DNA of 64,000 nt from Phoronis australis (Eukaryota; Animalia; Phoronida): positions 1,127,531-1,191,530 of the forward strand of contig NMRA01000018.1 in NCBI GenBank assembly GCA_002633005.1. The letters run 5' to 3'. Each line of letters starts with the position of its first letter. Position 1 is the stretch's first letter. A program made the translations under genes and the position numbers. Under the pieces are notes generated by a model, which did not search any database, was not told the DNA's origin, and saw only the letters and a program-made list of their open reading frames with translations. Positions 27,101-37,442 of this stretch are shown in pieces.

Positions 27101-30100
27101 GAAGTCTATTGAACAGGTTTATTTACACTAACCTATAACCAATTTGTATTGGCACAGTGTTTTAGTCGGTAATTTCTCTGGCCATCTTAAGGTATTGCAA
27201 CTTCTTTTAGAAGAATCAGCTCGTGTATAGTGTACATTTCATGGTGCTCAGAGATGAAATGATCTGCAAAATGGCCTACTAAAACGCCATGCCAATGTAA
27301 GTAGGCTAGAGGTTGATGTAAATAAGCCAATAAGTTTTAGGAAATGGGGTAAAAATTCTCAAGTATGAAAAATAATTATTTTGCTCAAGGTCAGAGTTTA
27401 TACCATTACCATGGCATTATTAGCCATCTCATATTCAAGAATTATGATCAACGACAAAGTCAATGAACGTTCATCTCAATATTACACACTATGCATGGAA
27501 ACATTGCGTTGGCAGCTACTGTTTTCAGACTCTGTTGATACAACTCATTGTCCGATATTTAAACAATATAACTAATTAAAAAATCGAACATGATCCAGTC
27601 TTTGGAATCAAGAAAGTTTTATTTCGGGTTTGCTATCCGAAGCTTGATAACTTTGACCATTGGCTGTGTGGATGAGATGAAGGAACATTCGAGAGTTGAA
27701 GGGTGTGTGGGTAGGGGAACAGAAGATCAGAGTAACTGAGTTGGACAAGCAGCTAGAAAGCACATGGGTCAGATGGTCATAGGAAAAAGATCATTTCGAT
27801 TACATCGCGACACTTGAACACGCTGTATTTACCAACAGCACCGCAAACATCCGTCAGGTGCATTTGCTGCCTCTTTTTTGTGCCATTGGAGTTCCACATG
27901 TTATTCGTTGTTGTCTCATTCTTTGCAAGTTTTTCTCGGCTGCATTACTTTATTTGTCCTTCCAATGCTAACAAAGTTTTTCTGCTGTGCTGTGAGCTGC
28001 AACTCCAATGTGAGAAAGTTTGATAACTGGACAAATATCTGTGGATGCGGGATGTGAAATTCTTTGCCTTGCCGACATCAATGAGAGACGAGAAAATGCG
28101 AAGCGAGTGGGTAAAACAAGTTTGTCGGGTTAATTTTGAACGGAACAGAATTCCTTTTCTTAAAAACATTTGTTCAGATCTGGTACTTTTGAACAGATGA
28201 AATCTGGAAATTCAATATTTCCATGACCCTTCACCAATTTTCGACAGGATCTGCGAAAATGTGCCTAATTTCCAAAAGGAGGTCACACGCTTTCTTATCT
28301 CCAGAGCAAAGGTGAGATCTTTTGTTGTGTAATCCAGGGCGGCCCTTACTAGTGGATTGGGGGATATGGAGAGTTGAGGCCCGAAGATATGTTTTTGTTT
28401 GATGTATAGTTCGCTCTACTTTTGGTCAATGAGATTTTCGCGTACTTTTCAGTAACCATTTTAATCTTTTTCGGCAGCATTATCAACAACAAGTGGAAGG
28501 AGAAATCTGGCCTCATTGGCACCTTGGAACAGCAGGTACTGCAGATGAAGGAGATATGGGATAAGAAGGAGAAACAGTTGACGGAAGAACGGGACAAGGC
28601 ACTGCAGGCTGGCAGGTATAGAGCACTCCATGCTGGGTGGTAAGGGGTGCTGCAGGATGGCGGGTATGGGGTGCTACAGGCTGGTGGGTATGGGGTGCTA
28701 CAGGCTGGNNNNNNNNNNNNNNNNNNNNNNNNNNNNNNNNNNNNNNNNNNNNNNNNNNNNNNNNNNNNNNNNNNNNNNNNNNNNNNNNNNNNNNNNNNNN
28801 NNNNNNNNNNNNNNNNNNNNNNNNNNNNNNNNNNNNNNNNNNNNNNNNNNNNNNNNNNNNNNNNNNNNNNNNNNNNNNNNNNNNNNNNNNNNNNNNNNNN
28901 NNNNNNNNNNNNNNNNNNNNNNNNNNNNNNNNNNNNNNNNNNNNNNNNNNNNNNNNNNNNNNNNNNNNNNNNNNNNNNNNNNNNNNNNNNNNNNNNNNNN
29001 NNNNNNNNNNNNNNNNNNNNNNNGTGGGTATGGGGTGCCACAGGCTGGTGGGTATGGGGTGCCACACGCTGGTGGGTGTGGGATGCTACAGGCTGGTGGG
29101 TATGGAGTAGTACAGGCTGGAGGGTATGGGGTACTACAGGCTGGTGGGTATGGGATGCTACAGGCTGGTGGGTATGGGGTACTACAGGCTGGTGGGTATG
29201 GAGTAGTATTAAAGGTAGGCGGTTATGGGGTTTTACCGGCTGGTAGGTATGGGTTAATATAGTGAAAAATTTCCAGGTATCAATAATTGATAATATTAAC
29301 CAGTGACCAGCTTTAATTTTGATGCGTCCACGTATTTATATTATATGGGTGCTTTTTGCCATCATCTCTGTCCATCCATTCGGCGTACTTCTGGTGTCCA
29401 CTGCTGTATCTCAAAAACCCTTGATGTATGTTCGTGAAATTTTTCAAATATGTTCCTTCCATGGATGGGACTTCATGAGCAAATTTTCAGAAGGTTTCTA
29501 CTAACGGTGTGCCCCCTAGTGCCAATTTTAGTTTTTTTACGTTTGCCTATGTATCTTCGGTGTTCCGTAAAGGATTTGCTTGAAATTCGGCAAATAGGTA
29601 TCTATTAGGAAGATGACACCACCTTCACGTTTTCAAATGGATTTGATGTCTTTTCCGCCACCTAGTGGCCATACTTACTGTTTTCGAGTCTGGTTTTTGT
29701 CGTCTGCCCCTCTATAGGCCAAACCACAGTAACGTGGTTATGAAACCTGATATGTTCCTACTGGGCAGGGGACGGCTGAAATTGATTTATCAGATGGCCC
29801 CGGCTACAGTGGCTCCTTCTAGTGACAGTTTTGTTTTTTTGCGTCCATAGCAGCTGTAACTGCTAAACCCTCTGCAGGATTTAGCAAGTGAATATATGAA
29901 GGTGATAACAGGTGACCACAACAACGGCTGTGCCCTTATTAGCAATTTTATTTTTTCCAATTTCCTTTATATCTCTGGAGTTCCTGAACCGAATTTTATG
30001 AAATTTGGTAAATAGATTTCTATTAAAGAGGTGATGACATGTTTCCGTTTTCAGATGGATTTGACGTAGAACACGTCACCTAGTGACCATTTTTATAATT

Positions 30101-31979
30101 TTTTGTCTGTTTTGGGCCTCCACCTCTGTCAGCCAAACCACTCTTTGGATGATTATGGAAATTGACTAATATCTTTTTACTGGAAGAGGACATGTAATGA
30201 CGATTTTTGGATGACGCCGACTACTGTGGCACCTCCTAGTGGCAGTTTTGTTTTTGTTGTGTCCGTGACTGTATCTCCTAAACCCTCTGCAGGATCATTG
30301 AATTTGTCAAGTGCATTTCTATGAACGTGACAACAGATGGCGATGTTTGTACGTATCTGACTGCCACTGTGCCCACAGTGCCAGTTTTAATTTCTTTACA
30401 GGCATGGCATGTGCGCCCCTATTGAGAAGAGCATTGGTGACTTGCTATGCACCCCCTAGAGGTTTTTTATGTTTACTAGCATTGCTCTATTTAGTGAGAA
30501 TGTTTAAATCATCCCTTGTATCTGCGCTATATATGCGAAGCACATGGTGGGTGCATGTAAACGCTCCATGTTGTTCTTGTTTATGTTTGTATCTTTCAAG
30601 TCTTTGGCATATTCAAATGTGCTTGCATTTAACAGATTCCTTTGATAAACAATTTAGGAGCACAACAAAAGTCTTGTCAGTGTCTGCAATGATAAACAAT
30701 TGGATAAAACGTTTTTGTTATTGCAACAAATACCTTATCAAAAAGTAATTGAGAATAACATAGGCCTGTCTTGAGTTGTACAGGAAGTGTAACAATAGCC
30801 TAGATATTATGATGATTTAATTGTGGTTAATGGTATTGATTTTCCATCTGTTCCATGTTTAAATGCTTTTTACCAGGAAATGTAAAGTTAGTAATACTAA
30901 TTTGTTTCTTTGTTCTGCTCATTTGTACACATTTATTCGTCTGCGTAAGACTTTAGTTTTGTGTCATTGAGAGGTCTTGTTTTCAACTCATTTCTCACTG
31001 AAGTGCACCTGCCTGTCTTAAAACGGGTGTATTTGAATAAACTGTTGAACTGTGGGTAATTCTTTACAGTGCCGCTGTGGATCGATTGCGTTCCGTGGAT
31101 GACAATTTTCGCAAACAGCTGGACCAGAAAGAGAGAGCCCACCAGGAAGCCCTAACGAGGCTGGAGTCAGATAAGCAAGCGGAAATCGACCAGGCAAACA
31201 TACGGGTAACACATTTGCTCGCCAGTTAACCGTGCATGAAAACCATGCAATTTGACTTTGACCAGAATTTCTAGCGGTTTGCATTTTCAGATTTTCTTTC
31301 GCGAGTATTAGTGGAAATTGTTCTTGTGTTATGACACTGTAAACATCGTAAAATTGCTTTATTTTGTCATGGAAGTATAGGTTTCTTTTCGTACTTTATT
31401 GCAAGGGCCCTTGATGCCTTGATTTTGGGGCTGAATATCAGCCACCACTCCCCTATAAAAATGTCTAAAAATTATGTGAAATTCCTCTCGTTAGGCCCAA
31501 AAATTCCCCTCCCCCCAATGATTGATAAATATCCTGAAGGATAGAACTACTTCTGCAATACTTTGGTTTTGGCTACTTAAGGTATTACTGAGGACAGTGG
31601 CGACCTTAGGGTAAAATTGGAGGTGATGGGAGGTGGAACTTTTTCCCCTCCATCAAAACATTACCCTCAGAAGGCATCTTTAACTGGTGTGAGCGAGGGG
31701 CCTGATGTCTTCATTCAAACTTTGCATCATCTTGCACTAGAAATTTCAGCAGTTGCTGACGAGATACAGGTATGCTTGTAGTGATTAAAAAGGTATCTCA
31801 ATCTTCCGTTACAAGCTATTAAGTTTTCAAAACTCAAATGTCCTCTGTAGATTATTGAAGTCGAAGATGAAATGAGAGAACTGCTGAAAGAAACTCAAGT
31901 GACGAAAAGGAATATGGAAGAACGAATAAAGAAGCTGACCAAGGGATTTAGTGAACTTCATCAGGACCTGATTTCATGA
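3016..31979 (+). CDS. LRRCC1: LRRCC1-like (leucine-rich repeat and coiled-coil centrosomal protein 1), 3' part of gene; 10 exons joined: 3016-3129, 9993-10064, 12196-12270, 20280-20379, 23169-23257, 24999-25073, 25471-25679, 28478-28615, 31070-31205, 31851-31979. The 5' exons lie upstream of the window.
   Basis: All introns are GT-AG and phases join into one frame ending TGA at 31977-31979. The spliced peptide follows the vertebrate LRRCC1 C-terminus as I recall it (MVKEQK..., GLxxERKxWGHELAQQGxSLAQxRGxxEAxIESL, KIIDDQTxTxRKLK, SxDDxFxxQ, ExEMRELLxET). Confidence 0.9.
5850..6730 (+). mobile_element. Decayed Penelope-like retroelement (RT C-terminal part + GIY-YIG endonuclease)
   Basis: Broken frames give WYCYVDDTFVVIK (YxDD), TDQYLAFDSHHPLDQKYNVVLTLFHRA, HPKDRREKDQIVVYGIHC..CDQFYLGE. 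These are typical Penelope-like motifs, with many stops and frameshifts. Boundaries approximate. Confidence 0.8.
9004..9258. repeat. Minisatellite, 43-bp unit, about 6 copies
   Basis: Unit gtgaatgtggtttgaatgtgttgagggtccttgtggaaagtaa repeated from 9004, 9047 onward. Confidence 0.95.
9993..10064 (+). CDS. LRRCC1: LRRCC1-like exon (MVKEQKNRIAELSRSKSEQVTEYK)
   Basis: Acceptor ttcgtcag, donor gttagt, 72 nt; MVKEQK motif. Confidence 0.85.
10973..11157. repeat. Tandem repeat, about 51-54-bp unit, 3 copies plus a partial internal duplication
   Basis: tcaagtctcagtccgagtag(ta)gagtctgagataagagattacatcctgag repeated. Confidence 0.9.
12196..12270 (+). CDS. LRRCC1: LRRCC1-like exon (KTTEKLESQLEGTRRQLMQMEVLKQ)
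   Basis: Acceptor gtccatag, donor gtatgt, 75 nt, phase 0-0. Confidence 0.8.
12640..12691. repeat. (TATG)n microsatellite
   Basis: Direct reading. Confidence 0.97.
13847..15531 (+). mobile_element. Non-autonomous Kolobok-type DNA transposon, copy 1, with THAP-domain remnant (14011-14230)
   Basis: TTAA on both sides; TIR aggagaatgccacccaa / ttgggtggcattctcct. With two compensating frameshifts the start reads CIVPVCSN...GISFFRLP...KWLAEV...LRVCGRH...DF (C2CH THAP). TTAA TSD, RR..YY ends and THAP fit Kolobok. Confidence 0.8.
15758..17741 (-). mobile_element. Kolobok-type element, copy 2, inverted relative to copy 1
   Basis: ttaa-aggagaatgtcaccc ... gggtggcattctcct-ttaa; the interior is a diverged reverse complement of copy 1, including the THAP region near 17400-17590. 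Confidence 0.8.
18944..19408. mobile_element. MITE-like element with tgtaggacc-type terminal inverted repeats
   Basis: aactaatgtgtaggacct ... aggttcctacatagtt; related ends at 24617-24903. Confidence 0.45.
20280..20379 (+). CDS. LRRCC1: LRRCC1-like exon (DKIRLESQVQAQESVIEGLKAERKLWGHELAQQ-G)
   Basis: Acceptor tttcacag, donor gtaggc, 100 nt, phase 0-1; WGHELAQQG motif. Confidence 0.92.
20683..20840 (+). mobile_element. Internally deleted copy of the MITE at 46099-46908
   Basis: Shares the left end ggcgtgcgttcagtagacg(t/c)taggac and the roughly 115-bp right end ending gcgttactgaacgggaggc. Confidence 0.8.
21393..21543. other. Assembly gap (N run)
   Basis: Direct reading. Confidence 1.
23169..23257 (+). 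CDS. LRRCC1: LRRCC1-like exon (G-ASLAQDRGRMEAKIESLTTEVQSLEKHLE)
   Basis: Acceptor ctccttag, donor gtctga, 89 nt, phase 1-0. Confidence 0.9.
24617..24903. mobile_element. MITE with TIR aagg(tc/a)atgtaggacc
   Basis: aaggtcatgtaggacc at left, ggtcctacattcctt at right. Confidence 0.55.
24999..25073 (+). CDS. LRRCC1: LRRCC1-like exon (READTVKIKAKIIDDQTDTVRKLKE)
   Basis: Acceptor gttaacag, donor gtaaaa, 75 nt; KIIDDQT motif. Confidence 0.9.
25471..25679 (+). CDS. LRRCC1: LRRCC1-like exon (GLLERDEQIKQVREELL...EEQLEETKRAH-G)
   Basis: Acceptor ttggccag, donor gtaagg, phase 0-2; lies within ORF 25441..25683; heptad-rich. Confidence 0.9.
25653..25890 (+). repeat. Degenerate 46-bp tandem repeat whose first unit spans an exon end and splice donor
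   Basis: gttagaggagacaaa(a/g)agggcacat(g/t)ggta(a/g)ggtggttaa at 25653 and 25699, plus about three more diverged units. Confidence 0.85.
26101..27100 (+). mobile_element. Helentron-associated non-autonomous element (HINE-like), copy 1
   Basis: T-rich start + subTIR atgcgcccac, short hairpin, (ccgt)n-like microsatellite, internal tandem units, 3' tgggcgcat + palindrome (cagcgctcagcgttg) + ctcttgtt. Confidence 0.7.
28478..28615 (+). CDS. LRRCC1: LRRCC1-like exon (IINNKWKEKSGLIGTLEQQV...EERDKALQAG)
   Basis: Acceptor tttcggcag, donor gtatag, phase 2-2; within ORF 28422..28643. Confidence 0.88.
28599..29250 (+). repeat. G-rich 24-bp minisatellite starting at an exon/intron junction, interrupted by a gap
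   Basis: Unit gtgctacaggctggtgggtatggg; the first unit is the exon end gcactgcaggctggcag|gtataga. Confidence 0.92.
28709..29023. other. Assembly gap (N run) inside the minisatellite
   Basis: Direct reading. Confidence 1.
29317..30581 (+). mobile_element. HINE-like element, copy 2
   Basis: Same architecture as 26101-27100 (atgcgtccac ... tgggtgcat ... ttcttgtt) with the same internal units of about 420 bp. Confidence 0.7.
31070..31205 (+). CDS. LRRCC1: LRRCC1-like exon (AAVDRLRSVDDNFRKQLDQKERAHQEALTRLESDKQAEIDQANIR)
   Basis: Acceptor ctttacag, donor gtaaca, phase 2-0. Confidence 0.9.
31851..31979 (+). CDS. LRRCC1: LRRCC1-like terminal coding exon (IIEVEDEMRELLKETQVTKRNMEERIKKLTKGFSELHQDLIS*)
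   Basis: Acceptor ctctgtag, 43 codons ending TGA; EMRELL motif. Confidence 0.9.
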   Translation: MIEVEDEMRELLKETQVTKRNMEERIKKLTKGFSELHQDLIS

Positions 31980-33672
31980 CAACATCGATAATCCTTGACA
32001 AGTCCCACGCTGTGATAATTGGGTCAAGCCAAAATCGCAAACTTCATATTGGTATAGATCAAGTCAGCACCCCTACAAAACATAACTGTGGCTGTATATC
32101 AACACTTTGTGTTGCTCTGGTTACAGTTGTTGCAACATTTTGCTTTAAAGCCTATCTTGAACTGTAACGCCTGTAAATTTGGTTCCTACAGTATGTTAAG
32201 AGCATCACTTTGAGCTCCCTAGTGCCTTAAATTGCCAAATGTAATGAACTGTTTGGCGTATTGGTTTGCTTTTGTCTACGTCACCACGAGAATCGCTTTT
32301 TAATTCAAACAGCTGCGAATAGAACATGCACACAATGATGTTCTGTTCAGACATCTGTTCAATACACAACTGTTATCAGCCTGTTGTTGTTTGTCTGGGA
32401 TCTCGTAGTGACTCAACAGCTTCACGTATCATTTGGAGGGCTTACATTTGCGTTATTGAACTCGCATTTTCTTATTTTGCTAAGGACTATTTGGTCAGCC
32501 CAATACACCTAAAGTAACAAAATTCCAGTGAAGCTACGCTTGAAGCAAAATTTCACCAGTTTAATTCTTGGCAGAGTATCAAAGATAGTAACTGGAACAT
32601 TATGATGTAAGTGAGGGAAACAAACAAGGTCAAATTGTTTTAGGTTTTGCATGAATGGGCAGAACCTTACTTGGGTTTTCGATCTCCTTTATTTTCAAAC
32701 TTGAAACAGGACGTTTCTTGGCAAAAGTATCGATTTTCTCATTCAGTAAAATGTTAGCCACAGAAATTTGATCTGATTTAAATGATCAAGTTGGGGTTGG
32801 TGTCTAATACGCTCATGGGGTTTCATAATATTAGTTATTTTTTTACTTTCGGACATCTTTGCAGGTGACATCACATGCTATCAAATTTTCCGCTTTTCAT
32901 TAAAAGTTATGGTTTATACTTTTTGTTGGACAAGTTGAACAAGAAATTTCCATTTTAGAATACCAGAGTACTAGGTTAATCGAAAAGCCTATTAGCTAGT
33001 CACCTTGAGTTTCTCTTGTTTTCAAAGATTTTTTTCATAATTTATTTTATTATAATAATAGAAATCAACAACACAAATGAGGAGAAAGAAACCTTTAAAC
33101 TCGCATTCACCCATCCCAGCTCTTCTTGACTTTACAGTGAATGTTTAAGGATCTCAAAAAAGCTATGTCAGGGGGTGATTCTGTTACTTTTTATATTTTC
33201 CAGTGTCTTGACAACATTAATTTCATTAAATCTCCTGAGTGGTTGGCTACATGTGGTCGTGGAATAAGAATACTAAAATATTGTGCTAGGGATAAGATGT
33301 GATAAATTCCGTAAATATAATTTCCAATGGAAGGTTTTTGCCTATTGCATTTGAAAGTCATGTTTGTAGTTCATGCCAAATTGTGGCTAAATCTTGACCT
33401 TCCAAGGACATGTGATAAATTTTGAGGAGTCCACAAAGTGGCCATTTTGTAATATCCTCATTTTCAAAAAATGTGTTTAGGCAAGTCGTCCGAAAATCGC
33501 GCGACCTTACCGTATAAAATCCTCTATAAATGCAATTATAATACTCAACAGCTTTTAGCTTAGGTTGGAACAAAAGTTTGAAAGGTGTGACGTAAGTATT
33601 TATTTGGTGCTGTTTGGCATATATGTAATTCCAGCAAAGTGTTGTCTACATCAGGAACTGTTGTTACCCAGG

Positions 33673-35130
33673 AAAGTAATATATCGGGTTTTTTTTGTTT
33701 TTTTGTTTTTTTTTTTTATGTATTTATTATCCTTTACAAAACAATTACAAAAACAAACAAACAAGTAAGTACACCATTCATTCACGCATGCACACCTCAG
33801 GAAGACCATTTTCATATCTCGTTTAAAGTAAATATCTTCTACATGAAGTTAACATGAAACAATAAATTTTTCCCATTTTGCAGAGAAGCTGTCATGTACA
33901 AAGTTTTTATGTGCATTTAATTTTTCAGCATTATAGTATTCATAAGTTTTTGTAACGAACTTGAGAAAATTAGGTATATTTTTGTGACATCTCTCTTTGT
34001 AAATGTACTGTTTAGCTAGTAGAAGCAAAATGTTAAATAGAAAATCATGCGTCTTGTAAAGTCCAAGAATAACAATATCGTAAGACAGACAGTTGGGAAG
34101 CTGAATGCCACACTTTTGAAGTAGCTTTTCAAATTCCTTCCAGAAATCTTGTACAAAGCTACATTCCCAAAAAAGGTGTGACAGCGTCTCTGGAGCTTTA
34201 TTACAAAAGGAACATAGATCAGAATCCCTAACACATATTTTGACTAAAAAGGTATTTGTTGCAATAATTCTATGTAGTATTCTAAATTGGAACCATCTAA
34301 TATGGGGATCCTTTGTAATTTTGTAAGGTAAAGCATATATTTTCTTCCAATCTAAACTATCTCCTAGCTCTATTTCCCATTTAGACTCTGACTTAGGTTT
34401 CTTAACGTTATTAAAGACTGAACAAATATGTCTACAACCCTTCAAATCTTTCCGTAAGTGAGTAATTGCTAAAGGCATGCAAGGAGAGTAGACATTAACA
34501 CTTATAAATTTACTTTGAAATAGACTTTTTTGAAACCTTCTTAGAACAGAAACAACACCATTATATTCTACAAAGTTGGTTTTCACGTCGAACCTATTTT
34601 TCATATTATTTAGACTAACAAAATCACCATCAGAGGTATACATATCTCTAATAAATCTCAAGCCTTTTACAAACCAAGGCTTATAAAAAACACCTGTGCC
34701 TCCGATCGCCAAGTTACTATTAAACCACAAAGGTTGGTTCAAAAAGTCCTCTTTACTTGCAACAATTATTTTCTTGTAGAAAGATAACATACTTTCAAAT
34801 ACGTCGCGCCAGTAGGGATTACCAATTAGAGGTAACTTCGACTTAATGAAGTCATCTCCAAATGAAGCAAAATTCTTTAAGAACGGGTAGAGTGCGTACA
34901 GTAATTCACCACTTTCAGACGCAGGGCTTTCCAGATATCTACGGGCCATAGCGAGTTTTAAAGCTTTGCTGAAAGTATGCATATTAACCATTTGAATTCC
35001 CCCTCGATCAAGTCCTAAACAGGCCGTAGTTCGTTTAATTTTATCATTACGGGCCTGCCATACAAAACTAAAAAATGTCGTATTCAATTCACCCAAAAAA
35101 AAAAAAAAAAAAAAAAAAAGTAATATATCG
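33673..35130 (-). mobile_element. 5'-truncated L1/Tx1-clade non-LTR retrotransposon insertion with 14-bp TSD
   Basis: TSD aaagtaatatatcg at 33673-33686 and 35117-35130; T-rich tail 33689-33717; ORF2 fragment 33849-35096. Confidence 0.9.
33849..35096 (-). CDS. L1/Tx1-type ORF2 C-terminal fragment (415 aa, post-RT region with zf-RVT; no true start)
   Basis: Motifs GGIQMVN, PLWFN, FQFRILHRIIATN, CSFCNKAPETLSHLFWEC (CCHC), LLLAKQYIYK; no stops. Confidence 0.85.
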   Translation of the reverse strand: MGELNTTFFSFVWQARNDKIKRTTACLGLDRGGIQMVNMHTFSKALKLAMARRYLESPASESGELLYALYPFLKNFASFGDDFIKSKLPLIGNPYWRDVFESMLSFYKKIIVASKEDFLNQPLWFNSNLAIGGTGVFYKPWFVKGLRFIRDMYTSDGDFVSLNNMKNRFDVKTNFVEYNGVVSVLRRFQKSLFQSKFISVNVYSPCMPLAITHLRKDLKGCRHICSVFNNVKKPKSESKWEIELGDSLDWKKIYALPYKITKDPHIRWFQFRILHRIIATNTFLVKICVRDSDLCSFCNKAPETLSHLFWECSFVQDFWKEFEKLLQKCGIQLPNCLSYDIVILGLYKTHDFLFNILLLLAKQYIYKERCHKNIPNFLKFVTKTYEYYNAEKLNAHKNFVHDSFSAKWEKFIVSC

Positions 35131-37087
35131 TTTTAATCAGATCTGGTGCAAAGTCATGCATGCCCCTGCTTCAACAATAATTATGTCATCTTATTATGTG
35201 ATAGCATTAGTCTAAGTATTATACTGGATCCGATTGCTTAATTTGTACCAAAAGGTGGCACCACATAATGGAAATGTTATACAGGCAAGTACTGCGTTCC
35301 TGGTGGTGGCTGAGAGCATACAGATATGATCTTGATATTTCAATATTTATTGTCAAAATTATGTTGTTTATATATTTTGATGGTTAAATTAAAACCTGAG
35401 AATGCCTTTTTTATTGAAAATTCATTGGCCTGTCTAATGCAAAGTTTTGCATGTGTTTGTCAACCACTGACATACTCCTGCTTCATATCTGAAGGCAGAT
35501 ATTTCCATCTCCACTGGAGCCTCTTGAAGAACCCTAGAAATGCTCAAAAGAGGTCGTGGTCAAACTGAGTTAGAGCTAGTGTTATAACAAGTAGGCATCC
35601 TCAAATATTGAACAGTTAGTACTATTACTGGTGTCATTTTCGTTGGCCACTTGGGGATTAAAGGCTGTCTCTTCCCCCAAAAAATCCACTGGTAAAGTAA
35701 AATCTCACCATTTAGGACCAAGACCACGCTTATTGGATTTCTGATGTTCGGTACACTAGGTCACCCTCATTTCTTTTCCACTCTCTGAGTTGGGGCGGTA
35801 GGTTGCCAACACATGTTTATTATTTATAATAACATTTCTGCAGAATCTCGGTCTAGGCGAAGCTGTGACATAACTGTTCTAGTTGGACTTCTTGTCTATT
35901 CATTAGTACCCATGACCTGGAGGGCCGGACAGAGGACAGCCTCTTACGTAGAGGAGACATATATATGTACCACAGCTGTCACTGAGCTAACTCAGGAGTA
36001 CAGTAATATTGTATATCAACGTAATCACGCTCTGTTAGTAACGACGGAAGACAACTTTCTGAAGAAATACACGGCGACAAATCTTACGAAAAGATATATA
36101 TGTTTAAGTTCAGTCAGCAAAACCCGTGCTGTTCGTAGTTGGTAATCCCTAGAGATGACTCGATCGCTGTGAGATTGACGGCGTGTGCTTAGTGACTTTA
36201 TACATTCACTCGGCAAGGTAAGCGAAATTTGAAATGAATCTTGGAATCATTTTGGCACCATGTGTTTCGTAAGAGTTGCTTTTTGTCGGTCACAAGGACT
36301 GGAACTTTTGAAAGAGGATGAACTATCATAAGGCGAGTGTTACAAAGACGTGAAACAATCCGGTACAGAGTCCTACTTAACCAAACGCAACCCTGACATC
36401 TTTAATGTGGTCCTGCTCTGCATTGTTATGAATTATTCAGTGTGTTCAGGTTGTCAGTCTTTATGTCGACACTTGGCGCGTTACTAATATATGCGCGGCC
36501 ACGGAGCAATTTTATCAATTTTAAAGGTCAGCAAAAAATTAATGCCATTACCGCGTTGGCGAGTGGGAAAATATGCTCTGAGTTTCGTGGATTACTTAGA
36601 AAGAGCCCTAAACCACTAACCGCACCACCTGGGAACCCACACTTGTTTGTTTACAGTCAAGATCAACTACCATATTTCCCATGTGTCAGATGCAGAAGCC
36701 AGACATTTACTAGAAGACATTGATGTAAACAAGAGTGACGGCACCTACTATGTAATAAATAAATGACCCGAGGAGGCTGAGAAAAATGTTCATCTCACTT
36801 TTTCTAGATACCCCAGTTCGCACACTGACCCATTTACTGATGTGAATCTGAGTGGTGAAATTATCCCCAAAAAATATTCACACATGCACACTGTCGACCC
36901 CATATGGAAAAATTCAGATGTTTATCAAATCAATGAAACTTATTCAGACATTTAAATTCGTTGCATCGTGAGTGCATTTTTAAATCACTTATATTTCCTC
37001 ATTACCATTTTGACTAAGGTGACGTAATCTACCAAGCACTAATCCAACTGGTGCGACACCTTTGCTTCAATTGGACAGACTACATTA

Positions 37088-37442
37088 CAGTGGCGGATCT
37101 AGGATATCACAAGGGGGCCCAACATTTTGGCCGGCTGTAAGCATTTTCGCAAACTAAACAACGATTGTAGATGCGTATAGCACCGAATGGGGAGAGCCTA
37201 TACTTAGCCATAGTTCCGTTACGAATGCGCCGTGTTTCGAATTTGACACTTTAAATTGGATTTGAGCCCCCCCAACCCCCCCCCCCACAACACTAAAACT
37301 GCACACATTGAAATCATTTTTTCATCATCATAATTTTAATTACCGGGGCTGATTAATAAACTCAACATTTCCCTACGTTCTTACTGTTTTATTTTTTTGC
37401 GGCAGCCAAGGAGGGGGGGACCCCCCCCTAAATCCGCCTGTG
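37088..37442. mobile_element. hAT-like MITE (cagtggcggatc... ends)
   Basis: cagtggcggatctagg ... cctaaatccgcctgtg; TSD not clean. Confidence 0.55.

Noticed and set aside
28349-29262. ORFs of 157-238 aa with GYGVLQAG / PACSTPYP repeats that look like structural (shell or cuticle) proteins
   Set aside because: They are translations of the 24-bp intronic minisatellite across an N gap, open in several frames, and cut off from the exon by an in-frame TAA at 28641.
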